A stretch of DNA of 38,367 bases from an uncultured bacterium. Its GTDB lineage: Bacteria > CSSED10-310 > CAZUFC01. A program made the translations under genes and the position numbers. Numbering within the stretch: the first letter of the stretch is position 1; every line of letters begins with the position of its first letter. The stretch spans positions 1 to 38,367 of the forward strand of contig CAZUFC010000086.1 of the NCBI GenBank assembly GCA_964619725.1, given 5' to 3'. Below, one piece after another: positions 22,666-33,000 of this stretch. The notes below the pieces were generated by a model that worked only from the letters and a program-made list of their open reading frames with translations, did no database searches and was not told where the DNA came from.

Positions 22666-22794
22666 GAATTTTTCTTAAGGCAAGGAAGGCAAGGATTTGC
22701 GAGGTAGGGGTATTGCTTATACGTTGACTGGGCAAATCCGCAGCCTGGCGCAGCATTAGGGAAAATTCGCCGTTTGTAGACAGAAATGAGTTAG
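22662..22794 (-). repeat. Palindromic REP-like element, family B
   Basis: Nested inverted repeats GAATTTTTCTTAA/TTAGGGAAAATTC and GGATTTGC (22693-22700)/GCAAATCC (22732-22739); minus-strand start CTAACTCATTTCT. Confidence 0.6.
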
Positions 22795-22971
22795 AAAGAT
22801 TTGAACGCAAGAGTTATGGGCGCTGTTTTTAAAGCCATTTGTAATGATTTCCAAGTGATGACCGGTCTGCCCTTCGCATGATCCAATCCTCCCATGCTCT
22901 CAATCACTTGAGATTTTTACAATCGTATTGTAATTTTACTATGTGTTTTTACGAAACGATTGGAATTTTGA

Positions 22972-23823
22972 ATGATCGAGACCTCAAAATACTGCGACAG
23001 ACTGCTCAATCCGCCGGACAAGTCCTTTTTTCTGTTCGGACCCAAAGGCGTTGGAAAAAGCACATGGTTGAAGCATAAGATGCCGGATGCCCTCTATTTG
23101 GACCTTCTGGACCATACTCTTTTCCTGGAATTATCTCAGGACCCTGCAAGGCTGGAAGGACTTGTGGGAAAATTGAATAAAGGCGATTGGGCGATCATGG
23201 ATGAAATTCAGAAGATACCGGGAATGTTGGATGAAGTTCATCGTTTGATAGAAGAAAGAAAAGTTCGTTTTGTTTTATGCGGTTCGTCAGCCAGAAAACT
23301 GCGGCAGGGAGGCGTCAATCTCCTGGGCGGCAGAGCTTTGACGCGTCACCTGGAAGTATTTTCTGCCGCTGAGCTTGGAAAGGATTTCGATCTCGATTTT
23401 ACTCTTGAGTGGGGTTTATTGCCCTTGGTTCAAACGGACAGGAAAAACGCGGCTGATATTTTAAGCAGCTATGTCCACACATATCTGCAGGAAGAAATCA
23501 GAGGGGAAGGAATAGTCAGGAAATTATCCCCGTTTGTCAGATTTCTTGGCCTGGCAGGCATGCTGAACGGTCAGATGATCAATGCATCGAGTATAGCCAG
23601 GGAGGCTGCCGTTCCCCGTAGCAGCGTAGACGTTTATTTTTCCATCCTGATCGATACGCTGGTCGGACATTTTCTTCCTGCCTATCGCCCGCAGATTAAA
23701 GTCCGGGAGCAAACCCATCCTAAATTTTACTGGTTCGATCCGGGCGTCGCCAGGGCAGCCGCCGGCTATCTCGCCGATCCATTAAGCGCCTTATGGAAAG
23801 GACCTGCCCTGGAAGACGAATGA
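22972..23823 (+). pseudogene. AAA_14 + DUF4143 family ATPase, apparently 3' truncated
   Basis: 'LFGPKGVGKST', 'DEIQK', 'CGSSARKL', 'HPKFYWFDPGV'. Stops at 'GPALEDE' (283 aa), before the C-terminal part usual for this family. Confidence 0.65.
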
Positions 23824-23924
23824 AGAGACAACCGGGGCCGATACGCAGTCAGAATAGCCGCCTGCAACGCATTAATCAGCCTGGGCGTTGAGTGCGACAA
23901 AAGCAAGTATTGGTAAAAAAACGG

Positions 23925-24055
23925 GACATTGATCAAAAATGGGTCTTCTGAGTTTACAATTCTTCCGAATAACCCATCATTTAGTTTCGATTTCGATTAC
24001 TGAAACAAACTGTCGAAAGTTTTACAAGAAGTGTAACCCCGATATGATCAGTCCC
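23925..24055 (+). mobile_element. Family A element, copy 4 (shortest, 2 hexamers)
   Basis: GACATTGATCAAAAATG...ATGATCAGTCCC. Confidence 0.75.
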
Positions 24056-24592
24056 AAAACTTCTATCAAACCAACCATAAAACAACCAACGAGATCCTCC
24101 AACCAGCCATAAAGTAACGTCCAATCGTCAATTGCCAATGACTGCAGGCCGAATTCATTGACCATTGACTGTAGGTGGATATCCCCCCTGGTCTCGGGAA
24201 ATACGTATTAGGATATGCCTTACTTCATTACTTCTCAATATGTTAGCTGATGAATCGTTGTCAGTGAAGCGGTCGTCGTTGTCGGAGTATCGTGCGCAAT
24301 AAATTTTAAACCCAATTTCACATGAATGAGCTTCGAGTTTAAATTCGACAGCGCAAACGAATACATTTTTTTGACGTTTTTTGCTTTAAAAACAATGATT
24401 GGTTCCGGTTATCCTAATGCCAAAGCAATGAATGGAGAGGGGGCCGAGGGTGAGGTCGCCATCGTCATTCGTGTTTACCGAAGGCCGCAGCGAATATATA
24501 TCGCAATCTCTTTTTCATCCATCCGTATATTCAGAAAATAACATTCACCGGTCCCTGCTTTGCCTTGATCACTCTGTTTGCCATGCCGGCTC

Positions 24593-24621
24593 TTGATGTT
24601 AGCGTTTTTAAATGGTATAGT
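24593..24621 (+). promoter_or_regulatory. Candidate sigma70 promoter of the ATPase-nuclease gene
   Basis: TTGATG, 17 nt spacer, TATAGT with TGn extension. Confidence 0.45.
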
Positions 24622-24710
24622 CAGAAGTGGCTGCAGCCGAAATTGACTGCGACCAAATATGACTTCACTTTTATTTTTATTGAATCCGCATATTCAGAAA
24701 AGGAGCATAA

Positions 24711-26309
24711 ATGTTTTTTTCTGCTTCCAAACCGGTGTTCGGAAAACATTTTTTCAACCGGGAAAAGGAATTGAGTTCCTTGGAGGGATTGATCAGATCA
24801 CTGAAAAAAGGCGTACCCCGCTATGCGGCCATAATGGGTATGCGCAAGGTCGGCAAGACGAGCCTTATCGAAGAATTCAGGCGATTGCACAGAGAGAAGG
24901 CCGTCATTCCGATCCTGGACTGCAGCGCCGGCGTAATAACTGCGGAGACTTTTTTTGAGGACTTTGCTGTTGCGATTATTGATGAGTTTCTCATCAGTGA
25001 GGGATATTCAGCTGAAACAGGATTAATGAATGGAACCCGCCACAGCGATGCTGAATTCATGATGACGCTCGGTCGCATTCAAAGTCTTCATATTGAATCA
25101 TTAAACAAAGTTTTAGCCGCTATATTGAATTTGAAGAAAAAAATCGAGCCATTACGTGATCAATACTCCGTCATTGCCGATTTACCGGAAGAGCTGGCGC
25201 GAGAGAGATCGCGCAAATTTTTAGTGGTTTTGGACGAATTTCATGAATGCAACAAATTGAATGCATTTAAAAGCATAAAAACGAATATAGGGGATATTTT
25301 TTCTTTTTTCAGATCGAAGTGGCAGCGACATCAGAACGTAGCTTACCTGATTTCGGGTTCCGAAATAAGCCTTTTATCGCGAATAATTCATTCGGAGAGT
25401 TCACCATTTTTTCAGCATTTTAAATCATTGACGGTACGCGAATTTTCCAAAGAAAGTGCGGAAAGTATGATTTTAGAGTTGTTCAGAAAGTCCGGATTTA
25501 AAATTTCTGTCGAGCTGCTCCATCAACTTGCAGAACTGACCAACGGCCATCCGTTTTATCTTCAGGTTCTGGGTGAGGAATTATGCACCGGCAGCAGGGA
25601 GGGTATGATTCATGAGTCAGATTTTAAGGCGATATTGCATGAAACTTTGTTCGAGGTTTCCGGGAGGTTGTATTTATATTTTTCAGGACAGCATGAAAAA
25701 TATATTAGATCATCCAGTTCTCTGGAAAAAGTATTAATTTCCATTGCATCCGGTTTTCACAGGGTATCCGAAACAGCGAAAGACTTAGGATTACCTACGG
25801 GTTATGTCAGCAACTTCATCCGTCGCCTTATGGACATGGACATACTGGTTAAAGAAAACGGCGCCTATCAAATTCGAGACCCTCTTTATGCTCTTTGGAT
25901 TTCAGGCGCTAAATCTCACCGAAGGACTTACATCGGACCATATGTACTGGGAAGTCATGCGGAACAAAAGACATCTGAAAAGCTGAGCAAAGAGGGTTTT
26001 CGTCTGATTTATCAGTCAAAGGCGAGTCGTGGGGCTTTTGACTTGCTTGCGATATTGAATTCGTTCAGCATGGGACTGCAAATAAAAAAAATCAAAAAAT
26101 ATCCCTATTACCTGCCCCGAAATGATGCCCTCAATATGAAACACTGGGGTAAAAGACTCTCCTGGACGCCCGTATTATGTCTGTACCAAGATGAAGACAA
26201 TATCCGCTATTTTCCGCTAGAATCGCTGATCGAAAAGCAAAAAAGCTTTAAAGCCGACCATGAAAAAGGCTATGAAAAATTGCTGGAAATAGCGGTTAAA
26301 TTCAGTTAA
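24711..26309 (+). CDS. Archaeal-type P-loop ATPase (ATPase_2-like) with winged helix and C-terminal Hjc-like PD-(D/E)xK nuclease domain
   Basis: 'FFNREKEL', Walker A 'GMRKVGKTS', Walker B 'VVLDEFH', 'TNGHPFYLQ', C-terminal 'GSHAE...L.KEGF.....ASRGAFDLLA......LQIK'; AAGGAG SD. Confidence 0.8.
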   Translation: MFFSASKPVFGKHFFNREKELSSLEGLIRSLKKGVPRYAAIMGMRKVGKTSLIEEFRRLHREKAVIPILDCSAGVITAETFFEDFAVAIIDEFLISEGYSAETGLMNGTRHSDAEFMMTLGRIQSLHIESLNKVLAAILNLKKKIEPLRDQYSVIADLPEELARERSRKFLVVLDEFHECNKLNAFKSIKTNIGDIFSFFRSKWQRHQNVAYLISGSEISLLSRIIHSESSPFFQHFKSLTVREFSKESAESMILELFRKSGFKISVELLHQLAELTNGHPFYLQVLGEELCTGSREGMIHESDFKAILHETLFEVSGRLYLYFSGQHEKYIRSSSSLEKVLISIASGFHRVSETAKDLGLPTGYVSNFIRRLMDMDILVKENGAYQIRDPLYALWISGAKSHRRTYIGPYVLGSHAEQKTSEKLSKEGFRLIYQSKASRGAFDLLAILNSFSMGLQIKKIKKYPYYLPRNDALNMKHWGKRLSWTPVLCLYQDEDNIRYFPLESLIEKQKSFKADHEKGYEKLLEIAVKFS

Positions 26310-26362
26310 CGTTCATAAAACGACAACATGCAAGGAGTGATGAAAATATAACTGTTCATCCG

Positions 26363-26440
26363 GGGACTGAGTAAAAACATGAGTTACGTTTTTTTTTTCA
26401 AACGTTTGACAGTTTGTTTCGGGGTCGGGGTCGCAACAAA
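26363..26440 (-). mobile_element. Family A element, partial copy 5 (right arm only)
   Basis: GGGACTGAGTAAAAAC..GTTACGTTTTT..CAAACGTTTGACAGTTTGTTTCGGGGTCGGGGTCG matches the reverse complement of the copy 1 right arm. Confidence 0.6.
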
Positions 26441-26471
26441 ACAATTACGAGAAGATATGTGTTGTCATGAC

Positions 26472-26614
26472 GGGACAGATCAAACCGGGATTACAATTCT
26501 TTCAAAACTTTTGACAATTTGTTTCAGTAATCGGGATCGGGATCGGGATCGAAACAAACTGATGGGAGATGCTGTCGAATTGTAATCTCAAAAGACGCTT
26601 TTTTGATCAATGAC
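26472..26614 (-). mobile_element. Family A element, copy 6
   Basis: GGGACAGATCAAACCGGGATTAC...(GGATCG)3...TTTTTGATCAATGAC. Confidence 0.75.
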
Positions 26615-26660
26615 GTCTTGATCATATTTTCAAAGCTTCTTAATTATTCAAGGCTGCAAA

Positions 26661-26715
26661 AATTGTAACTTCGAAACACGGATATCTGAACAGCGCCGCA
26701 TTTTTGATCAATGCC
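26661..26715 (-). mobile_element. Family A left-end fragment with about 20 nt insertion (copy 7)
   Basis: Reverse complement: GGCATTGATCAAAAATGC-ggcgctgttcagatatccgt-GTTTCGAAGTTACAATT. Confidence 0.6.
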
Positions 26716-26755
26716 GGCATCCGTCGCTCAGCATCCGGAACCGCGCCGCATAAAT

Positions 26756-26785
26756 TTGAAATGCCGTCCTATGATGGTTTATAAT
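26756..26785 (+). promoter_or_regulatory. Candidate sigma70 promoter
   Basis: TTGAAA, 18 nt spacer, TATAAT upstream of the gene at 26852. Confidence 0.45.
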
Positions 26786-26851
26786 ACTGAAGTTCGAGTA
26801 TTTTCGGGGATTGGCGATAGAACTCGTGTACAGGCAAAGGAGGACTATGAG

Positions 26852-27361
26852 ATGGATGAGACGAACGGTCAAGCAAAAAATTTTATCGAAAAAAAGAGAA
26901 AAATTTGCAGTTTGATTTTTGCGGGACTTTTAGCGAGTTTATGCTTTTATGCATTCATCGCTGTAGCGCTCAGGGTCGCCGTTGACGGTTTTGAAGGATT
27001 CAGCGCATTGGATGACGCTCTTTACAGCATTGTTAAACTGATCCTGACGGCCCTGGCGATTATCGTCGTCATCATTATAATAATCTGGAAAAACAAGAAG
27101 TTGAGTGCTGAGGGCATATCAGAAAACGTCAAGGAGAAAGGAACAGAAGCAGCGGCAGAGTCCGTGATGAGTTCCTCAATAGTGCTGATGGCTCTGGCCG
27201 AATCTGTCGGCGTTTACGGGCTGGTTTTGTATCTGTTGAACGGCGCTCTTTTTGACTTTATCAGTTTCGGGATCGCCTCTCTCGTCTGCCTGTTTCTGGT
27301 CTATCCCGGCGAAAGCGTCTGGATAGAAGTTGAAAAGGCGACGATTGAGGAGGAAATTTAG
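26852..27361 (+). CDS. Hypothetical 4-TM membrane protein
   Basis: AAGGAGG SD 8 nt before the ATG at 26852 (ORF track start 26711 lies inside a repeat); four hydrophobic segments; 'MALAESVGVYGLVL'. Confidence 0.75.
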   Translation: MDETNGQAKNFIEKKRKICSLIFAGLLASLCFYAFIAVALRVAVDGFEGFSALDDALYSIVKLILTALAIIVVIIIIIWKNKKLSAEGISENVKEKGTEAAAESVMSSSIVLMALAESVGVYGLVLYLLNGALFDFISFGIASLVCLFLVYPGESVWIEVEKATIEEEI

Positions 27362-27495
27362 TTTTTTGATGCTGTATGACGGATGGCGGATGCCGGTTGC
27401 CTTATTCTCCGGCATGCTTCAGTTCATTTACGACATGCTGAATTGCAAGGATAGATATTGTTGTATGATTATCCAGGGCGACTTACCTGAAAAAA

Positions 27496-28146
27496 ATGAA
27501 AAAAGAACTCGGCAAATTTCGTAAAACTATACGAGTCAATGTCGAATATCCATATCTGATTTACTTTCCCGCTTCTCAAGAAACTAAAGAAGGCCTTTAT
27601 CCTCTGCTGATCTTTCTGCACGGCGCCGGCGAGCGAGGCGACGATCTCACCCTGATCAGAAAATACGGACCGCCTAAACATATCGAAAGCGGACATGAGC
27701 TGCCTTTTATCGTCGCAGCGCCGCAATGCCCTGTGGACGTGTGGTGGCAAGCGGACCGACTGGGACTTTTCTTGGACTATCTTATCGAAGAGTTTCCAAT
27801 CGATGAAAACCGCGTTTACGTTACGGGTTTGTCCATGGGCGGATACGGGACCTGGGCTTTGGCCGATGCCTTTCCGCAACGTATTGCGGCCATTGCGCCG
27901 GTAGCGGCCCCCTACGCCTGGATTCATCCGCAGAATTTTAAGCGTGTGCCGGTTTGGTGCTTCCATGGGGCGTTGGACGACGTCGTTCCCGTCGACAACT
28001 CGATAAAAATGATGCGTTTGTTCAAACGAAAGAAAAACATGCGATTCACTATTCACCCCGATGCCGGGCATGACAAATGGAACCTGACATACGAAAATCC
28101 TGAACTTTATGAATGGTTTCTCCGTCACAGACGGAAAAAAAGATAA
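27496..28146 (+). CDS. Alpha/beta hydrolase (phospholipase/carboxylesterase or predicted peptidase)
   Basis: 'FLHGAGERG', nucleophile 'GLSMGG', 'FHGALDDVV', 'AGHDKW'. Confidence 0.88.
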   Translation: MKKELGKFRKTIRVNVEYPYLIYFPASQETKEGLYPLLIFLHGAGERGDDLTLIRKYGPPKHIESGHELPFIVAAPQCPVDVWWQADRLGLFLDYLIEEFPIDENRVYVTGLSMGGYGTWALADAFPQRIAAIAPVAAPYAWIHPQNFKRVPVWCFHGALDDVVPVDNSIKMMRLFKRKKNMRFTIHPDAGHDKWNLTYENPELYEWFLRHRRKKR

Positions 28147-28152
28147 CCCTCC

Positions 28153-29037
28153 ATGGATAAAGTCTCGATACTCAAAATAAGAACAACAATCCTCTCACTG
28201 TTCCTCGCCGTCATTCTGCTTTTAACCTCCTCACCGGTTTATCCCGGCGACTCGTCCGCCCCTGTCTCATATCCCTGGACAAAAGGACGGGAAATAAAGG
28301 ATCGAATAAAAACCCGGATAAATACTCCGCCTGGATACGAACGCGTTAAACCGGAACCGGGGAGTTTCGGGCGCTGGTTGCAGAGGTTGCCGTTAAAGGA
28401 AAAAAATGCTCCGGTTCTTTTCTTCGACGGCAGGAAGAAACCTGATCAGAATTTTCATTATGCCGTAATCGATATTGATTCAGGATCGCGCGATCTTCAG
28501 CAATGCGCGGATGCCGTGATCAGGTTAAGAGCCGAATACCTTTATTGCATGGGAAAATATGATCGTATCAGTTTCCATTTCACCAGCGGCGATGAAGCGC
28601 GTTTCCTGAAATGGGCGGGAGGTTACCGGCCATACGTCGACGGCAGTTCAGTCACCTGGAAAAAAACGGCTGAAATAAATCAAGACTATCCTGATTTCCG
28701 GAAGTACCTGGATGCGGTTTTCACATATGCCGGGTCCTGGTCGCTGAGTCAAGAACTGCTTCAACGAAAGAATCCCCTTGAAATGAAAATCGGCGATGTC
28801 CTTATCCAGGGCGGCTTTCCTGGCCATGCCGTCATCATCGTAGATAAAGCCGTCAACCCGCAGAACAATGATATCCTCTTTCTGGCAGCGCAGAGCTACA
28901 TGCCGGCCCAGGATATCCATATACTGAAGAACCCGGGGGATAAATCCCTTTCTCCGTGGTATAAACTGCCTACCCGGGGCGATATCGTCACCCCGGAATG
29001 GACGTTTCAAGTTTCAGACCTTCGTTATTTTCCATGA
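28153..29037 (+). CDS. DUF4846-like secreted protein
   Basis: Signal peptide; 'P.GYER', 'LPLK', 'DLQQCADAVIRLRAEYL', 'GGFPGHAVII.D', 'AQSYMPAQDIHIL.NP'. Confidence 0.75.
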   Translation: MDKVSILKIRTTILSLFLAVILLLTSSPVYPGDSSAPVSYPWTKGREIKDRIKTRINTPPGYERVKPEPGSFGRWLQRLPLKEKNAPVLFFDGRKKPDQNFHYAVIDIDSGSRDLQQCADAVIRLRAEYLYCMGKYDRISFHFTSGDEARFLKWAGGYRPYVDGSSVTWKKTAEINQDYPDFRKYLDAVFTYAGSWSLSQELLQRKNPLEMKIGDVLIQGGFPGHAVIIVDKAVNPQNNDILFLAAQSYMPAQDIHILKNPGDKSLSPWYKLPTRGDIVTPEWTFQVSDLRYFP

Positions 29038-29129
29038 GTCCACGCCATTCATCTTAAAGCTCAGCCCACGAATACACAAAAGTTCTGTTCCTCTTGAAGG
29101 TCCTGTCTTCTGCATAGACCAGCGCCGCA

Positions 29130-29224
29130 GGATTGAGCAAATCCGTAGGAACCCCACGACGCGGGATTGAATCTGCGGGGATATGGACGCTCGTAATAGG
29201 TTTTGAATGAGAAAAGCCGGCTAA
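29130..29224 (-). repeat. Family B repeat copy
   Basis: Reverse complement of 29174-29214 matches 38323-38363 at 39/41 nt; TGAGCAAATCCG (29134-29145) matches TGGGCAAATCCG (22729-22740). Confidence 0.7.
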
Positions 29225-29256
29225 AGCTTCATGACGCTTCATATGACGTAACGAAC

Positions 29257-29293
29257 AGGACCGCCGGAAACTGTGAACGTTTCCGGCGGTCCT
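29257..29293. terminator. 15-bp perfect hairpin between convergent genes
   Basis: AGGACCGCCGGAAAC-tgtgaac-GTTTCCGGCGGTCCT; U-tracts are weak. Confidence 0.55.
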
Positions 29294-29353
29294 TATGAAC
29301 AAGGGTTCAAGTCTGCCATTCTCAGGTCTTCAATTGCCCCAGTCCTACAGACG

Positions 29354-30010
29354 CTACATCGTCATTCTGCCTTCCCCAATCCCGCTTCGACATTTGAATT
29401 TCATACCGGACAGCAGAATTATAAGAAGGGCCGCGCCTATAAAATCAAGACACGGAACTTCCTCGACGCATGAATAGGTGAAGGCGCCGTTCTGAACGGA
29501 AAAGCCATCTACGTCGTCGACAGGATTGATGATGCTCAGTTCGCATGGGTCGTCTTCCGAGCATGCATCGCATGTAACGGTTAAGTTGACGTAAAGAAGG
29601 ACAGCAGAGCTCTGAGGGGGAATGGGATTTTCAGGTGAGAACCCACCCATTCTTACGCATCCCTGTTCCAATTCGTATCCTTCCAGGAAGGGCCATCCCG
29701 GTATCAGCTCGCCCCTTTCCACCGAAACGAATTCCAACATATCCGGGCAAAACAGGAAATCAAATCCGAATTGTTCGATTGAGGTTGAGTTATTCTGGAT
29801 GTAAACCGGAATGCAAGCCGTTTCGCCGCTGCATCCGGAAACATCGCCGATGATTATCTGTCCGTCCTTCTCGGCTGCATGAGAAGCGACGGCGAATGAA
29901 GCCGCAAGCAAAACCGGAATCAACAGGATAGCGCTGAAGCTTGCCCACCATTTCAGCTCCCGGCGCACTCTGTTTCGATTCAACCGTCCGGAATTTCTTG
30001 AATTTTTCAC
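29354..30010 (-). CDS. Single-cohesin protein with signal peptide and C-terminal sorting tail (mini anchor scaffoldin)
   Basis: GGAGG SD before GTG at 30010; AxA-type signal; cohesin-like 'G.SGET..IPV.I.N....FGFD....PD.LEFVSVE.G.L'; tail 'VPCLDFIG'-hydrophobic-'KFKCR'. Confidence 0.78.
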   Translation of the reverse strand: MKNSRNSGRLNRNRVRRELKWWASFSAILLIPVLLAASFAVASHAAEKDGQIIIGDVSGCSGETACIPVYIQNNSTSIEQFGFDFLFCPDMLEFVSVERGELIPGWPFLEGYELEQGCVRMGGFSPENPIPPQSSAVLLYVNLTVTCDACSEDDPCELSIINPVDDVDGFSVQNGAFTYSCVEEVPCLDFIGAALLIILLSGMKFKCRSGIGEGRMTM

Positions 30011-30044
30011 TGGTCTTTCCTCCAAATCACACATTCTGACCTGT

Positions 30045-33000
30045 TCACTTTATTCCAGACAAGTCGTTTCCTTTTTTGAAAACGACATCGAATCCTGCAA
30101 TGTCGTCCACCAGACCGGTTAAATCGAACTTGATCCTGTCAAAGTCCCACGAAATTTCACCGGCTTTGCTTTTAAAATCGATGACGGCAAGTATGCCGCT
30201 GTCGTCCTGGAGTTCATAGATTTCGGGCTGGAAAGCGCCGATTTTGATGGCGTCCGGGTATTGACCGACGCCGGTAAAGGGCCAGTCATCGACGAAATCG
30301 CCGAACCGGACGTTGCAGAACTCCATTTCAGAATCAGGATAATGCAGCTTGAACCCTAATGAAGAGACAGGTTGATCTGATTTATCGATCGAAACGATCA
30401 TTTTAAGCCGGTCTGCAGTCGAACCGGGCAGCAGTTGTGCGGACAGGATGCCATGCGGCGCTCCGCGTTGTGAAATTCGATTTCTGCCTGCATCCTGACT
30501 GAGTTTTTTATAAGGCCTGAATCCGTTGTCAGTTGGCGGTTCAGGCTGGTCTACGCAGTTGCAGCCCATATCCAGGTAATGTTTGAAGATGCAGTTGGCG
30601 TCAGCCGGCGTTACGGTTCCGTCGCCGTTGCAGTCCGCAGAACACGACTCCTGACGGCTCGGATCAGGGATGATGGTCAGGTAAATCTGAAAGGCCATGT
30701 TGGCATCACGAGGAGTGATCATTCCGTCGTTCGACACATCGCCGTCATTGATGCAATCGATGAAGGTGAATGTCCCGCATTGAGTCATCCAGTCGGCTAT
30801 GTCGTCAACCATATTCTGAGAACACATGGTGCACTGATCGCCGTCCAGGCAATCCTGACAGTCGACGACGAAGTTCAGAACCGCTATGCTGCCGTAACTC
30901 CCGGTCGGAATCTCCTGGGTATCGAAACCTGCAACACGTACATAACTGTCCTGGGGCACGTCATTGCAGTCCAGCTCGTACCAGTTCTCGGTCAAATCCC
31001 CCGATTCGCAGGAATCTAACTGCAGCATGGAGGGACAATAAGTCATGTCTAATCCGAATTCGTTCAGAGGCGTCATAGGATTATGAATGTTCAGGGTTAT
31101 CTGCACGGTTTCCCCGTTTTCTCCCGTCGCTCCCTCTATCCAGAGAAAATCTTCTGTAGGAGTAAACGTTATTGCGGGCGTCGGAGTAGGATAGAAGGTC
31201 GGAGTTTCCGTTATCTGGTAAGTCGGAACGAATGTGGGCGTGGGTTGGGTCATCCCGCCAAGCGGCTTGCTGACGAAAAAATTATCCGCATATACGGGAT
31301 GAGCATTGAATCCGCCCAGGACCGGCGGCGATTCATTATAAGCCGGGTCTATCGTGTTTTCGGTCGTCCACAACTGCTCGCCGTTAAGGTAATACTCCAC
31401 GTGCAAATCCGGCCTGATGACTACCCTCGCATTATGCCAGGCGCTGTCTGTAAATGAACCGTCAATGGCGTGATGTTCCTGATGAGCCGGGTCTTCCGAG
31501 TCGATATACATGTCGACCGTCCGGCTCCCTGCGCCTCCGTTCAAACACATGAAAACAGCATAATCCAGGTTGTCTCCGTTTACGATCTCCTCCATCGGCA
31601 ATCCGAACCACAGATCATTATAATGTGAAGAACAGTCGCTCAGGAAAAAATCGCAGCTCATCACCAATCCCCCGCTGTAGTCCGCCAGGAACGAGGTATG
31701 GTAAATTTCCGTGTTCATTCCGTCGCCGGCTCCGCCGGGAATATAATTATGACGAGGATTCCCGTGCGTTTCGTCTATTCCCGGCGCAAGACCGGGATTA
31801 TACAGGGTATGGATGCTCCAGTCCCCAGAAGGAAACCCGTCAATCAACTCAAAATCTTCAAACATGTCCATGTAAAAGAACTCGTCCATACAGAAATTAT
31901 CGGCATAAACCGGATAGGTGTTGAATCCGCCCAGTACCGGCCGCGCATTATTATACCCCGGATCGATTTTCGCCACGGTCGTGTAAAGTAACTCATCGTT
32001 CAAATAAAACTCCACGTAATGATCGGGACGTATCCGTATCTCCGCCCGGTTCCATACGCCTGCATCAAATCCCCCGGGAATTTCAAAATAGTCCTGGTGC
32101 CCGGCGACCTCCGAATCGATGAAACCAATGACGTTGCGATTGCCCGCATCGGCATTCAATGTCATAAAAACAGCGTAATCTATGTTATTCCCATCCTGGA
32201 TGCGCTCGCGAGGCAACCCCATCCACAAATCGTTGTAATGAGTCGACGTATCGCTGAGGAAAAAATCGCAAGTCATGCGGAACCCGCGGCTGTAATCCGC
32301 TGTGTAGTATTTAGCGTATATTTCCGTGTTCTGCCCGTCGCCGGCGCCTCCGGGAACGTAACAATGATAAGGATTCCCGTGCGTCGTATCTATGGCAGGC
32401 TCTATGTAGGGATTGTACAGCGTGTGCACGGCCCAGTCATCGGAGGGAAATTCTTCTACGTCTTCGAAGTCCTCGCAATAGGGTATCCGGTAAAACTTTT
32501 CGTTGACGTAATAATTGTCGGCATATACGGGACTGGCATTGAAACCGCCTAAAACAGGTATGCCGTGATTATACGACATGTCGACCGTCTGAGTGGTCGT
32601 CCACAAAAGCGTCCCGTCAACGTAAAATTCCACCAGACGGTCCGGCCGTATCCTTATCTCCGCCATATGATACTGACCCGGCGTGAATCCGTTTTCTATG
32701 TAAATTAATTCTTCGTTGTCCTGATAACCGTTTATACGGCAATAGACATAATTGGCGCCCGTACTCCCGTTAAACCAGAGCTCAACGGAATACGCCAGAT
32801 TCTCCCCGTCAACGACCTCGCCCTGGGCCAGACCGAACCACAGATCATTATAATGGGCTGACGTATCGGTAATTTTAAAATCACACGTCATACGGCAACC
32901 GCGACTGTAGTCCACAGTGAATTCATTATGGTATATTTCCGTATTCTGTCCGTCGCCGGCTCCTCCAGGAACGTAACAATGACCAGGATTCCCGTTCACA

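Noticed and set aside
24060-24590. Possible gene remnant or 71 aa ORF (24326-24541)
   Set aside because: No SD, motif or consistent reading frame on either strand; left unassigned
27469-28128. 219 aa minus-strand ORF
   Set aside because: Antisense to a hydrolase with a complete catalytic motif set; no motifs of its own
29054-29350. 6S RNA or an 82 aa ORF in the convergent intergenic gap
   Set aside because: No long rod-like self-complementarity is visible; the region is explained by a hairpin and a family B repeat
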